A stretch of 64,000 bases of DNA from Spironucleus salmonicida. Taxonomy: Eukaryota. Where the stretch lies: the NCBI RefSeq assembly GCF_000497125.1, contig NC_090602.1, positions 1,054,001 to 1,118,000 of the forward strand, read 5' to 3'. The notes under the pieces are model-generated. The model was not told the DNA's origin. It searched no databases and saw only the letters and a program-made list of their open reading frames with translations. Below, piece after piece: positions 1 to 14,946 of the stretch (its first letter is position 1; each line of letters starts with the position of its first letter). The translations under genes were made by a program, and so were the position numbers.

Positions 1-242
<242 letters not shown>

Positions 243-543
243 AAGCATAGATCTACTATATACAAAGTCACCAATAAATGCAAATTTAATATTTATGACT
301 ATTTTCAAAAAATTAATCCAAAAATAATGCTGTAAAATTTATGCAATAGGAATATTAAAGGTTATTACTCGCATTTAATGCGGGCTTGATCTCCAATCTA
401 CTGGAAGTTGGACGCATGTCAAAATTAAAAGAAGAACCTCAAAAATGAGGTTTCAATTAATTAAACTAAGAGTTATTAGCTACTCGGAGTTATCCCTAAG
501 CTAAAAATCAACTAGGCGATAAGTAATAAATAAAAAAGATACT

Positions 544-768
544 TGAAAGCGAGCCATGCGCGACGTCCGCTGATGCTAGTCTGGGAACCGCCCACTGCCA
601 GCCTAATCTTGCTCCGTTTCCGGCCTGGGACGTACAGCTCGTTTAACCACCAGAGGTCTGGTCCTTCCGGTCCATTCCGCTGGGGACAACAGGCGAACCT
701 AGGGCATCGGGGCGCCGCGCATAGCTGAGGGAGCGGGGCCGCAGATTTGAAGTAGAGGGCCGCGGTGC
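544..768 (-). ncRNA. SRP (7SL) RNA, array copy 1
   Basis: Reverse complement of 27243-27467; contains helix-8 motif CCCAGGCCGGAAACGGAGCAAG and is followed by a T-run. Ends approximate. Confidence 0.88.
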
Positions 769-927
769 AAATTGGAATATAATAATATAATACTGCAAAA
801 GGGGATCTTAGAAAACTTCACTTCCAAACTTCAATATATTGCTTCGATTTAGTCCCACGAACGATGAAGAAACCGATTCATCTGGATTAAGATATATCAT
901 GGCACCTGCTTATTTTGGTTTCGCCAA

Positions 928-1347
928 ATGTAACTATCGCCTCGCGTGTATCAGGAGCCCCCAAAGTCTCCGAGATCCCTCAAAGCGCTTACCAGCCAGC
1001 CCTCCTTCGCTCGAGTAGTTGAAAGTCCCCTACCGAAGCTGAAGACGATACGCTTCATGTACAAGCGGTCGCGGAACCACGTTGCCTCGCCGCGCAAGAC
1101 CGAGGCTAGCCTGATGACGTCTAGCCTTCTATCGGATATAGAGAAGAAACCTTCGTTCCACAACTATTACGAGAATGACTTCCACCAAACCGACATCTTG
1201 GATAACTTCAGCTTCAAGATCGAGAAGAAATTGTTTTCGAACCGCGCTACCTATTTCAGCGACCTGAAGAAAAAGGAGGTACAGGTGCGGAAAATGCTCG
1301 AGAAGCAGGAGCGCCAGCACAAGGGCCTGCCCGAAACTGATGATTGA
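928..1347 (+). CDS. Hypothetical protein, 139 aa (MQLSPRVYQEPPKSPRS...), array copy
   Basis: ATG at 928 in frame with the 946 ORF when TAA=Gln; TGA at 1345; related to 21051-21476. Confidence 0.75.
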
Positions 1348-1350
1348 ATG

Positions 1351-2231
<881 letters not shown>

Positions 2232-2532
2232 AAGCATAGATCTACTATATACAAAGTCACCAATAAATGCAAATTTAATATTTATGACTATTTTCAAAAA
2301 ATTAATCCAAAAATAATGCTGTAAAATTTATGCAATAGGAATATTAAAGGTTATTACTCGCATTTAATGCGGGCTTGATCTCCAATCTACTGGAAGTTGG
2401 ACGCATGTCAAAATTAAAAGAAGAACCTCAAAAATGAGGTTTCAATTAATTAAACTAAGAGTTATTAGCTACTCGGAGTTATCCCTAAGCTAAAAATCAA
2501 CTAGGCGATAAGTAATAAATAAAAAAGATACT

Positions 2533-2757
2533 TGAAAGCGAGCCATGCGCGACGTCCGCTGATGCTAGTCTGGGAACCGCCCACTGCCAGCCTAATCTTG
2601 CTCCGTTTCCGGCCTGGGACGTACAGCTCGTTTAACCACCAGAGGTCTGGTCCTTCCGGTCCATTCCGCTGGGGACAACAGGCGAACCTAGGGCATCGGG
2701 GCGCCGCGCATAGCTGAGGGAGCGGGGCCGCAGATTTGAAGTAGAGGGCCGCGGTGC
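2533..2757 (-). ncRNA. SRP (7SL) RNA, array copy 2
   Basis: Same sequence as 544-768. Confidence 0.88.
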
Positions 2758-2916
2758 AAATTGGAATATAATAATATAATACTGCAAAAGGGGATCTTAG
2801 AAAACTTCACTTCCAAACTTCAATATATTGCTTCGATTTAGTCCCACGAACGATGAAGAAACCGATTCATCTGGATTAAGATATATCATGGCACCTGCTT
2901 ATTTTGGTTTCGCCAA

Positions 2917-3336
2917 ATGTAACTATCGCCTCGCGTGTATCAGGAGCCCCCAAAGTCTCCGAGATCCCTCAAAGCGCTTACCAGCCAGCCCTCCTTCGCT
3001 CGAGTAGTTGAAAGTCCCCTACCGAAGCTGAAGACGATACGCTTCATGTACAAGCGGTCGCGGAACCACGTTGCCTCGCCGCGCAAGACCGAGGCTAGCC
3101 TGATGACGTCTAGCCTTCTATCGGATATAGAGAAGAAACCTTCGTTCCACAACTATTACGAGAATGACTTCCACCAAACCGACATCTTGGATAACTTCAG
3201 CTTCAAGATCGAGAAGAAATTGTTTTCGAACCGCGCTACCTATTTCAGCGACCTGAAGAAAAAGGAGGTACAGGTGCGGAAAATGCTCGAGAAGCAGGAG
3301 CGCCAGCACAAGGGCCTGCCCGAAACTGATGATTGA
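2917..3336 (+). CDS. Hypothetical protein, array copy
   Basis: Same sequence as 928-1347. Confidence 0.75.
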
Positions 3337-3339
3337 ATG

Positions 3340-4220
<881 letters not shown>

Positions 4221-4521
4221 AAGCATAGATCTACTATATACAAAGTCACCAATAAATGCAAATTTAATATTTATGACTATTTTCAAAAAATTAATCCAAA
4301 AATAATGCTGTAAAATTTATGCAATAGGAATATTAAAGGTTATTACTCGCATTTAATGCGGGCTTGATCTCCAATCTACTGGAAGTTGGACGCATGTCAA
4401 AATTAAAAGAAGAACCTCAAAAATGAGGTTTCAATTAATTAAACTAAGAGTTATTAGCTACTCGGAGTTATCCCTAAGCTAAAAATCAACTAGGCGATAA
4501 GTAATAAATAAAAAAGATACT

Positions 4522-4746
4522 TGAAAGCGAGCCATGCGCGACGTCCGCTGATGCTAGTCTGGGAACCGCCCACTGCCAGCCTAATCTTGCTCCGTTTCCG
4601 GCCTGGGACGTACAGCTCGTTTAACCACCAGAGGTCTGGTCCTTCCGGTCCATTCCGCTGGGGACAACAGGCGAACCTAGGGCATCGGGGCGCCGCGCAT
4701 AGCTGAGGGAGCGGGGCCGCAGATTTGAAGTAGAGGGCCGCGGTGC
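4522..4746 (-). ncRNA. SRP (7SL) RNA, array copy 3
   Basis: Same sequence as 544-768. Confidence 0.88.
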
Positions 4747-4905
4747 AAATTGGAATATAATAATATAATACTGCAAAAGGGGATCTTAGAAAACTTCACT
4801 TCCAAACTTCAATATATTGCTTCGATTTAGTCCCACGAACGATGAAGAAACCGATTCATCTGGATTAAGATATATCATGGCACCTGCTTATTTTGGTTTC
4901 GCCAA

Positions 4906-5325
4906 ATGTAACTATCGCCTCGCGTGTATCAGGAGCCCCCAAAGTCTCCGAGATCCCTCAAAGCGCTTACCAGCCAGCCCTCCTTCGCTCGAGTAGTTGA
5001 AAGTCCCCTACCGAAGCTGAAGACGATACGCTTCATGTACAAGCGGTCGCGGAACCACGTTGCCTCGCCGCGCAAGACCGAGGCTAGCCTGATGACGTCT
5101 AGCCTTCTATCGGATATAGAGAAGAAACCTTCGTTCCACAACTATTACGAGAATGACTTCCACCAAACCGACATCTTGGATAACTTCAGCTTCAAGATCG
5201 AGAAGAAATTGTTTTCGAACCGCGCTACCTATTTCAGCGACCTGAAGAAAAAGGAGGTACAGGTGCGGAAAATGCTCGAGAAGCAGGAGCGCCAGCACAA
5301 GGGCCTGCCCGAAACTGATGATTGA
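4906..5325 (+). CDS. Hypothetical protein, array copy
   Basis: Same sequence as 928-1347. Confidence 0.75.
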
Positions 5326-5328
5326 ATG

Positions 5329-6209
<881 letters not shown>

Positions 6210-6510
6210 AAGCATAGATCTACTATATACAAAGTCACCAATAAATGCAAATTTAATATTTATGACTATTTTCAAAAAATTAATCCAAAAATAATGCTGT
6301 AAAATTTATGCAATAGGAATATTAAAGGTTATTACTCGCATTTAATGCGGGCTTGATCTCCAATCTACTGGAAGTTGGACGCATGTCAAAATTAAAAGAA
6401 GAACCTCAAAAATGAGGTTTCAATTAATTAAACTAAGAGTTATTAGCTACTCGGAGTTATCCCTAAGCTAAAAATCAACTAGGCGATAAGTAATAAATAA
6501 AAAAGATACT

Positions 6511-6735
6511 TGAAAGCGAGCCATGCGCGACGTCCGCTGATGCTAGTCTGGGAACCGCCCACTGCCAGCCTAATCTTGCTCCGTTTCCGGCCTGGGACGT
6601 ACAGCTCGTTTAACCACCAGAGGTCTGGTCCTTCCGGTCCATTCCGCTGGGGACAACAGGCGAACCTAGGGCATCGGGGCGCCGCGCATAGCTGAGGGAG
6701 CGGGGCCGCAGATTTGAAGTAGAGGGCCGCGGTGC
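6511..6735 (-). ncRNA. SRP (7SL) RNA, array copy 4 (terminal copy)
   Basis: Same sequence as 544-768; the array ends ~18 bp upstream of it. Confidence 0.88.
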
Positions 6736-6783
6736 AAATTGGAATATAATAATGTAAATATCAAATTTGCTTTAAAATTAATA

Positions 6784-8700
6784 TCAGACAATGGCCTCAT
6801 TTTTAGACTCTTTTTCTCTTTAAAGGCCTAGCTGATCCATTTCAGTTCTCAAAAGCGGCGGCTTGATAAAAGCTAATAAAAACAAGCAGACGCTCTAAAA
6901 CATCGTATTGAATAATTGTCCATCTCTATAATTATAATCATACATAGCGCCTGTAATTGCACCGCTAATAATTCTGCCTATTGAGTTTCCAATTTAAAAA
7001 ACACCCATAACCTGGCCTCTATTCTAAGGAACTGTATACATACTAGCTAGCTATAAAAAAATTGAGTCGCAAAAAATAGATGCCAGTCCAGTCATTAACA
7101 TTGTAAGGAACATAAGAGGCTAAGGAACTGGCGGATTTGGTAAAAAGTAAATAAGTGACTCAGCAATTGATATATACTAAGACAATACTATTGATCTATA
7201 TTCTCCTAGAAATTTAATAAGGTATTTAGAAATAAAAGCTGAAAATAATGCTCCTAAAGTAATAGATACTAATTAAACTGTAGCTGAATAACCTTTTGCT
7301 TAATTAGCATTGGTAAAACCGTATGTTCTAGTTGTATAAAAAGGAGCACCGGTTCTGGAATTTATAGCACCTGTTAAACTCAAGAAATAACTTATAAAAA
7401 GTAATATTATGTTGATATCTTTGATCATCTAGAAACAAACTCTATACATTGGGGTAGTATTCATTTATTTAACATTCTTGATAGATAACCCTAGAGCCGC
7501 TGTCTTCCGCATAGTCAAAACACGCTGATTACTCTCCTTTAAAAATACTGATACAAAGACCAAACATCCTGCGAATATTACAGTCGCAGTGATATGACTA
7601 TCTCTAAAGCTGAGTGTTGATCTGGCTTAAACTTCATCAAAAGGGAGCGATGGGTTTCTAGTGTCATATTTTGCGGCATTGCTAAAGTACAATTAGATAG
7701 CAGACTACATAACAGAGCCTAATTATGCAGAAACATTTACCAAAATCATAACAAATCCTCTTATCTTTGGCGTAGCTAAATCAGATACTATAGTGACTGC
7801 TAATGGAACAATAATAGCAACTGATCCTTATGAGGCCCTAATAATAGTAATGATGAGAATGATATTTTGACTATTTGTTAAATTAACAGTAACCAAAAAT
7901 ATACCAGTTGTAATGGTGTAGACAACTACCATTATGAGTGCAATTGGTTTTCTTCCAATTTTATCTGATAACCATAGCCAAAAAACGGAGAAAAATAGTT
8001 ATGCTAGGTTGAAATAAGTTGTCTAACTAGTTACTTATGAAGCTGTAGCGCCTATAACTTGGATATAATAAGAAATATTCGTAAAAGATACTTATAATCC
8101 ACACGATGCAACAAAAACCATTACATAAACTACCCATAATCTATTTTGATAAAATTTTGGTTCTTATTTCAAATCATTATTTATATCTTATATATCTAAA
8201 CATTGAACACCTTCTATATTAATAAAAATCTTGACCTCATCTTCAGATGCCTAATAATCTAGAACGAATTCATCGCTATTAAAGTCCAATTTTGGCATAT
8301 ATTCAACTTTTTATATTGCAGTAAAAATTTTAATCATTTAATGGATAAATTCAAAGTAGTCATCAAATGGAATTGATGATGAAATAGTAGAATCTATCTT
8401 AGATGCAAAAGTATTAATAGAGATAATATTTTATATAAATATTGATTTCTACGCGCTTGTTATTTACAAATCAAATACTTAAAATATGCTAATATCTAAC
8501 GGTGAGCTAATAACTGGTATTTGTATTTATGATATCAGTTTTTCTAGAATATCTGATGTTAATAAAATATCAGCTATATATTTATCTTAGCTTACGTTCA
8601 CATCTAATATTTACCCTAATTAATGAATATAACTCCATACGCGATATTAATTCCTTGCGTTGATCACTGACCTCGAGTTTAATTTAAGAGAATGCTACAT
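6784..8700 (-). CDS. MFS transporter with long N-terminal extension, 638 aa
   Basis: Table-6 ORF MQHSLKLNSR...; MFS motif A WLSDKIGRKP; many hydrophobic segments; paralogue at 58722-60638. Confidence 0.9.
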
Positions 8701-9192
8701 TTTTAAATATAATTCAATTTTTATATAATAGATATTAAATATATGTTGTAAAAAGATAACAATAAATCATGTATATATGCTAATTTTCATTAATGTTTAC
8801 GACAAGCTCCATAGTTTTTTCAAAGAAACGGGTACGAGCTATTATTAAACATTGAGTTCATTAATATAATGATAATACTAAGTATTACTAAGAATTTATA
8901 TATGTTCCAACAAGATAATTTTATGAAAATGTATATTTAACTTAATCTTAGAGGTACTAAGTGATTTTTATTACTTTCTCTAACTTTTATTTATATTTTT
9001 GTCATATTATAGTATCTTGTTATTATTCTTATTAGCAAGTATCTAAATTTAGGATAAATAGTTTAGATAGAACTAAAATTAGAATAGAGATTGCGTATTA
9101 CAATTCTTTCTAAGATAATTCAAATTTTAATACTAGTTTTTATAAATTACTAACATTTATTATGTAAAAATAAATAAGCAAAATTTAGAAAA

Positions 9193-10335
9193 TCATTACT
9201 TAGCTGATTTTTTTCTGCCTCTTTTTAATGGCAATACTGATGTTGTTGGTTCTTAAAAAGTTAGGTTAAATTCAGATTCATATTATTCTTTTTCATAAGA
9301 TTTTATAGAATCCGTTATTTAATATTTTATTCCTTGCTAATGCATATCCTTAACTTAATCACTTCCTACAAATAACATTTTAAACAGATAAAAGGGGCCT
9401 ATTCCAAATATATACTAATCTATGATAACACTAGAAGCATTAAACTAACATTTCTCTTCATGCATAACTTATTTTGCCATTATATTTATTTAATCTTCAT
9501 TAACTTAACAAACAATATACGGCTTATGATCCTGTTCTTATATAACTGTTGCTCCATTGCATAAAGATAATGCGTTGACTTTATTATGAAAGCTGGATTA
9601 TCTACATATACTTAAACTATTTGAAAGTGAAGTTTAACCCATTATGTCTGGAGCATAAATGGTACCGTTTTCGTTATAAAATAAAGCAGGACTATTACGA
9701 GACTCACGTGAATAAAATGTTAAATCTTAATTTAATTTTATTGTTTTACCAGAAATCGAAGAAACAAATATAAATTCATTATTAGATGATATTTACGTAA
9801 TTTAACCTATCCCTAACGGTAACTATGCAAATATTGAAAAATCTTAATTTATAAACTTTAGTACTCCTAATGGATTTCCTGTGATGAAATAATTTTTATA
9901 TGATCCAATTGCTGTACATTTGGAACAAAGTTCACTAACTTATAAATTCAAAGAGATACTACAGATATATACGGTTCCCTGTGAAGATAGATAAATTATA
10001 TGTGAATCTGTTGAATCTGCTTAAATTATTTAGGAGTCAGGATATATAATAGTTTCATATTACACTTAAAGTGAGTTCACATCTACAAAAATTATTTTAT
10101 CCTTTGTAAATATATAAACTAAATTTTATGAATGTTTTTAAATCAAATAAGGATTTTCAACCGCAACAGCTTAGAATATATCGTAGTTTACTAAAGATGA
10201 TCGTTTTTTCGCCGATGTAGCGTGCGCTAATTATGAAGATAAAGGAGATAGCAAATCATTTATGTTTTAAGCTATATTTGATAATGATAAGACTGTTTAT
10301 TTACAATCTGAATGAGTAACAGTTAATTACGTCAT
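9193..10335 (-). CDS. Hypothetical protein, beta-rich (possibly divergent WD40-like), basic C-terminus PLKRGRKKSAK
   Basis: 380-codon table-6 ORF; the fold is a guess from beta-strand-like patterning. Confidence 0.7.
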
Positions 10336-10389
10336 GTTTACTATTCGAATATAATTATATAATAATAAATTAATATTCCGCAATTTCAA

Positions 10390-11373
10390 ATGTACAATAG
10401 ATATTAGTTTACAGAGCAGATTTTATCATAGACACCATCTGCTACAACTCAGGCTGCAGTAAACATTCAGACAAAAAATTATGTACTCATCAAAAAGTAT
10501 GCAATTACTGTTGAAAACCCTCATAACTTCATCGCATCAACGCAGTTGCTTAAGCGCCTAAACCATCAGAATCTTATCCAGTATGAGAATTTCTATGAAG
10601 ATGCTAGTCATACATATATAGTCTCTGAGTTATCGTCATAGGACAATCTACTCGAAAAGATCCTCTCAATGAAGTACTATTCTGAGGACGACTGCCGTGG
10701 ATTTATTACATAAATTATCGAGGGATTAGCATATTTACATTCCAATAACATAGCAAATTTGAATCTGAAGCCTGAAAATCTGCTCACTATTAACAATCAG
10801 GTCAAGCTTTGTGATTATGCTCTGTATGAACTTTTTCCTCTGGAGAATCTTTTATATGCTCCTGGATTCGTTTCAAAAGATTAACTAATTAACAGGATCA
10901 CTGATTTTTAGCCTGATATATTTGCGGTTGGCGTTATTTCAACATTGTTATTAACCGGAAATTTACCATTTAAAGAGGAAGAAAACTACATATAGTCATA
11001 TCTTGACCAGACATTAAACAATAGCTTTGAGATTAATGCCAAAACTATGTCAACTAGAGCTGTAGACTTCGTTACTAGCTGTTTTAGCGGCTAGTCTACT
11101 GTTTTTGATCTCCTTAATGATCCATGGCTCACAAATGAAGCTCCTGTAATTCCTCTTTAAACAACTTAAATTTAGCTTAAAAGGTACGTGGCAAAGCTAA
11201 AATTGAGAGACGGTAGCGGAGTTAACGCAAGTAAATTGGTCCAGCTAGCAAGAAAAATTGGAGAAATTGAAGATGATATTGAAGTGGAAGGTGAGGAGAT
11301 CGATGCTGAACTGGACGAAGTGGATGAAAACCAAACTGCTGTAACTCAAATGTTGGAGGATGAGGTGAATTGA
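10390..11373 (+). CDS. CAMK-like protein kinase domain, probable pseudokinase
   Basis: GLAYLHSNNIANLNLKPENLL, VKLCDYAL, DIFAVGVI...GNLPF; acidic tail. Confidence 0.88.
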
Positions 11374-11688
11374 TCGGATTTATATTAACTGAAATAGATT
11401 AAAATAAACTAAGATAGATAAGTAAAAAGGTAGTAAATAATAATAGATAAAGATTTAGTATAAAAATTTGGAAACTATAAAATCAAGTAAACGAACTCGA
11501 TTAATAACTTTTTGCTTAATGGAGGGTAAATTTCGGTAACCATTGTTCTAGACTCATTAATATTGACAAAACGTCACTAATGAGGCATATTAAACTAGAG
11601 TTTACAAAATTGACTACTATGTAAAGCATTAAAGCGGAATGAATAATTAACAATAATATTAATTATGTATAATAAGTACAAGTATAAA

Positions 11689-11967
11689 TCACTAAGTGCT
11701 ATTTTATTAAGATATAAGTTAAACAGTGTTAAATTATTCTTTAGCTACTTCCATAAACTAATCATCAAAAGAATCTATTGTTGACTAAATATTAGAAAAT
11801 TTCAGCATCAAATCAACTAAATTTTTATAACTTTACTTAATATTAATATATAGTGATCTACAGTCGTCGTCTGCTGAACTAGAGCTGATATACGAGCTAC
11901 CTTAACTAACAGTGAAGGAATCTTTTATAGATTCAGGTGCCGAATATTCGTATTAAGCTAAGTCCAT
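11689..11967 (-). CDS. Hypothetical protein, 92 aa
   Basis: Table-6 ORF MDLAQYEYSAPES... ending TAGTGA. Confidence 0.55.
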
Positions 11968-12262
11968 TTTTATTTTTATAATAACTATTAATTAACTAAA
12001 ATAATCAATTAATATTTTACTAACAGTAAAATTAAATGTTGAATGATAATATACTTGGAAGACTAGTATTCTGTAAAAGAAACTAAATTTTACATATTTT
12101 ATAAATTTAGGAAAACTGTATTATATACTATATAATTCTCTTTTAAATTCTAAACTATGATTAGTATTATTATGATATTATATTAGTAATAATAAAATCA
12201 TATATATATATTAATATTATATCATTAAAAAAATATATTTATTGATATTAAATTTTGTAATT

Positions 12263-12271
12263 CCACTCCAC
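12263..12271 (+). promoter_or_regulatory. C-rich promoter-like motif CCACTCCAC
   Basis: Just upstream of the RPL30 ATG; similar motifs precede the ATGs at 12725, 13772, 16937, 17691, 23621, 33982 and 60912. Confidence 0.6.
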
Positions 12272-12278
12272 GTGTGAA

Positions 12279-12670
12279 ATGGCTGACCGCAACTAAACCG
12301 TGAGTTTTAACAACTGAGACCGGTTTGGTCTCAGAAATCTTAACTTTTACTAACAAACTAGAAGAAACAGTTAGAATCAACCTCTCTCTAATTAGGTCTC
12401 ATCATGAAATCAGGAAAGTTCACCTTAGGTGTTAACCAGGCTATGAAGTCAATCAGAGACGGATCTGCCAGCCTTATCATCATCTCCAGCAACTTGCCTC
12501 AGCTTGTTACATCTCAAATTGAGTATATGGCTATGATCTAAAAGATTTAAGTTTATAAGCAGCCTTATAACTCTCGTGATTTCGGCCTCTAGATTGGTAA
12601 AACTTTCAATGTCGGCGTTATGACTATTACTAATGCTGGTGATGCTGATCTTTCGGCTTTCCGTAACTGA
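12279..12670 (+). CDS. RPL30: 60S ribosomal protein L30 (eL30); exons 12279-12299 and 12362-12670
   Basis: Spliced product MADRNQT|KKQLESTSLQLGLIMKSGKFTLGVNQAMKSIR...IEYMAM...VMTITNAGDAD. Confidence 0.95.
12300..12361 (+). other. Spliceosomal intron, 62 nt, phase 0
   Basis: GTGAGT 5' splice site; fused branch point and acceptor ACTAACAAACTAG; removal restores the RPL30 frame. Confidence 0.93.
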
Positions 12671-12724
12671 TTAAAACTACCAAAATTATTTGTCACTTTA
12701 ATATATATTTACCACTCCTTTATA

Positions 12725-13315
12725 ATGTAGTTTCTAACTAACAACATTATACTTATACCATATCCAGGATTTTGCTTCTATCTTTCAATAGATGGTATCA
12801 GAGTATCTGAAAAAATCTATCCATAGTAGTAGTATAATAAAGTTAAGCTATGTGAAAATTACAAACTCTTTCTAGAAATCAAATAATGCTTACACCAAGT
12901 CTCTCAAAGCTAAAAGTTTTTTATTTAATCTTGTGGGTCATAATATATAACTTAATAAATATTATATACATATGTTAACCCTTAAATCACGTCTTTTAAA
13001 ATGAACAGCACTGAAATTTTAATCAATCAAGTTGAATCTCCAATTCTTCTTAAATGCATGACTAAAACATGTGTAGTTAAGGTACCATTTTCGCACTTTA
13101 ACGAAGGAAAAGCTATTTTTTCTTGTGATATTTATAAAAGTAATTTTGAATATATTCTAGTAAATAACTTCCAAATAGGAAAATTCAGTTAGGAAATAAA
13201 TGTACTATCTTCTATTATATATTAACACTGTGCAGAATTTAATTTTTAAAATATTCAAGTGTGCGATTTAATATAGAAAGGGGGTGAAATTTGGGGTATT
13301 TTAAGGGACGTTTGA
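12725..13315 (+). CDS. Hypothetical protein, ~196 aa
   Basis: Table-6 ORF including the 13001 fragment; ACCACTCC upstream. Confidence 0.55.
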
Positions 13316-13408
13316 GTTTATATGCGAGATTTGAGATGAATATAACTGTTATCCAAATTTAATTTTAAAGGTGTATGAAAATATTATATAACCAGAGATA
13401 TAATAAAA

Positions 13409-13750
13409 ATGTTAAATGATATACTATTATTCCTGAACATAGTGCTGAAAGGAATCACACGGCATACGCTGAACCAGAACGTCTTCAACGCGGTGTACAT
13501 GCTGATGGGCTGGAGCGGGCTCGCGCTCCTGCCGAAGATCGTGGTGCAGTTCGGCTGGGGGTGTCTGGGGCTCGTCGTCGCGGGCGGGCTGTGCTACAGC
13601 GTCGGCCTGGTTGCGTTCCAGGTCGAGCGCCCGAACCCTGTCAAGGGCGTGTTCTGCGCGCACGAGATCTGGCACTGCTGCGTGAGCCTCGGGGTCGTGT
13701 TGCACTACCTGAGCCTGCTGGTGTACGTGCTCCCGTACCAATAGTCGTGA
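13409..13750 (+). pseudogene. Hemolysin III / PAQR family, C-terminal half only
   Basis: YMLMGW, GGLCYSVG, HEIWH and LHY motifs present; the N-terminal TM helices are absent and upstream DNA is AT-rich and unrelated. Confidence 0.75.
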
Positions 13751-13771
13751 GATTTATAATTCACTCCACAA

Positions 13772-14497
13772 ATGAGCAAGACCATCTACCTGGTGCGCCA
13801 CGGCGAGACGGACTTCAACACGGATCCAGTTCCACGCGTACGGGGCAGAGTCGACGTCCCCCTGAACGCTCAGGGCGAGGCCCATGCCAGGCAAGCCGCG
13901 GAGTGCCTGCGGGACGTAGCGCTGGGCAGGATCTACTGCTCCGCGGTCAACCGGGCCCTCCAGACAGCAGAACTGGTGCACGAAGCCCAAAAGGGGCCGT
14001 GCGAGCTGGTCGTAGACGAGCTTGTGATCGACATCTCCTGGGGTGACTGGGAGGGCAAGACCTACCTGGAGGCCTTCGGGGACGAGCAGGCCAGTACCTT
14101 CTTCAACGCCCCAGAGAAGCTGGTGATCCCCAACGGCGAGAGCTTCTACCAGGTGATGGACCGCTTGCGGCGCTTCCTGGTGCGCTTCTACCAGTCGGAC
14201 GAGCAGGTGTGCTGCATTGTGTCGCACGGTGCAGTATTTAATCTGCTGGGCTGCCTGATCACGGAGGCCCCCGTGAGAAAGTTCTGGAGCTTCTACATGG
14301 GAGGCTGCGGGGTGAGCAAGATAATTATGACGGGCATCGACAACTTCACCATCGGGTTCTGGAACTCTATGACGCATATTAATTACTCACTTATCATTAT
14401 TTAAATGCTAATTAATATTTTTCTCATTCATTACTTAAATTACGCTTTATGGCCACAATTTGATTGGAGCTGTAGGTGCATCAAACTCATCTAATGA
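13772..14497 (+). CDS. Histidine phosphatase (phosphoglycerate mutase-like); recognisable domain ends ~14380
   Basis: IYLVRHGET, WGDWEG, GES, VSHG and WNSMTH motifs; first in-frame TGA is at 14495, inside the opposite gene. Confidence 0.9.
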
Positions 14498-14896
14498 TAA
14501 CATAATTTAATGAGAAGATAGTCTATTAATATGTGCTAAACTTAGAAGGTGATATGATAACTCCTCTCGTTATAATAAAGATCTAAACGTTTAAATAAAG
14601 ACAATTATTGCATCAAATGTTTAACCAGGACTAATAACTGAAGGAAATTCATTAACAAATCCATTCCATAGTATCATAAAATCTATATCTTTATCTGATA
14701 TGTGTGAGGTTTAGACTGAGTTTTTAAGTACTGTAGGATGCTATGATATTTTTTCATATACAATAGGAGGGACATGGTGAAATTAATTAGGTAATGGCTA
14801 ATGAGTAATTTCAGAATATAATTATTGATCTGACACTAGTAGTGGGGCATGTGTGCATCCATCTGGCAAGACTAATGGAAATGGTTTCAGTTCCAT
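14387..14896 (-). CDS. Stand-alone VEFS-box (SUZ12-like) protein candidate, 169 aa
   Basis: LYSEITHQPL...ISDKDIDFMILWNGFV...AIIVFIQTF...HLLSLAHINRLS matches the VEFS-box pattern by eye. Confidence 0.6.
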
Positions 14897-14946
14897 TATG
14901 GAATATTAATTAATATTATATAAATATTATCAACATATTAAAAGTT

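Noticed and set aside
243-525. Spacer as a U1 or U2 snRNA (ACTTATC, AGATCAAG and AATTTTG on the minus strand)
   Set aside because: No ACTTAC 5'-splice-site complement or GTAGTA branch-pairing motif; the matches are short and expected in AT-rich DNA.
543-728. 61-aa ORF MKASHARR... and its copies at 2532, 4521, 6510 and 27283
   Set aside because: TTG start and antisense to the SRP RNA; GC-rich structural RNA explains the open frame.
13427-14377. Overlapping and antisense ORFs 13427-13741, 13561-14046 and 13754-14377
   Set aside because: Shadows of GC-rich coding sequence with no recognisable motifs.
13430-14377. Bacterial contamination or chimeric contig
   Set aside because: The intergenic spacer is AT-rich with the host CACTCCAC motif and no Shine-Dalgarno-like sequence; long reads would settle it.
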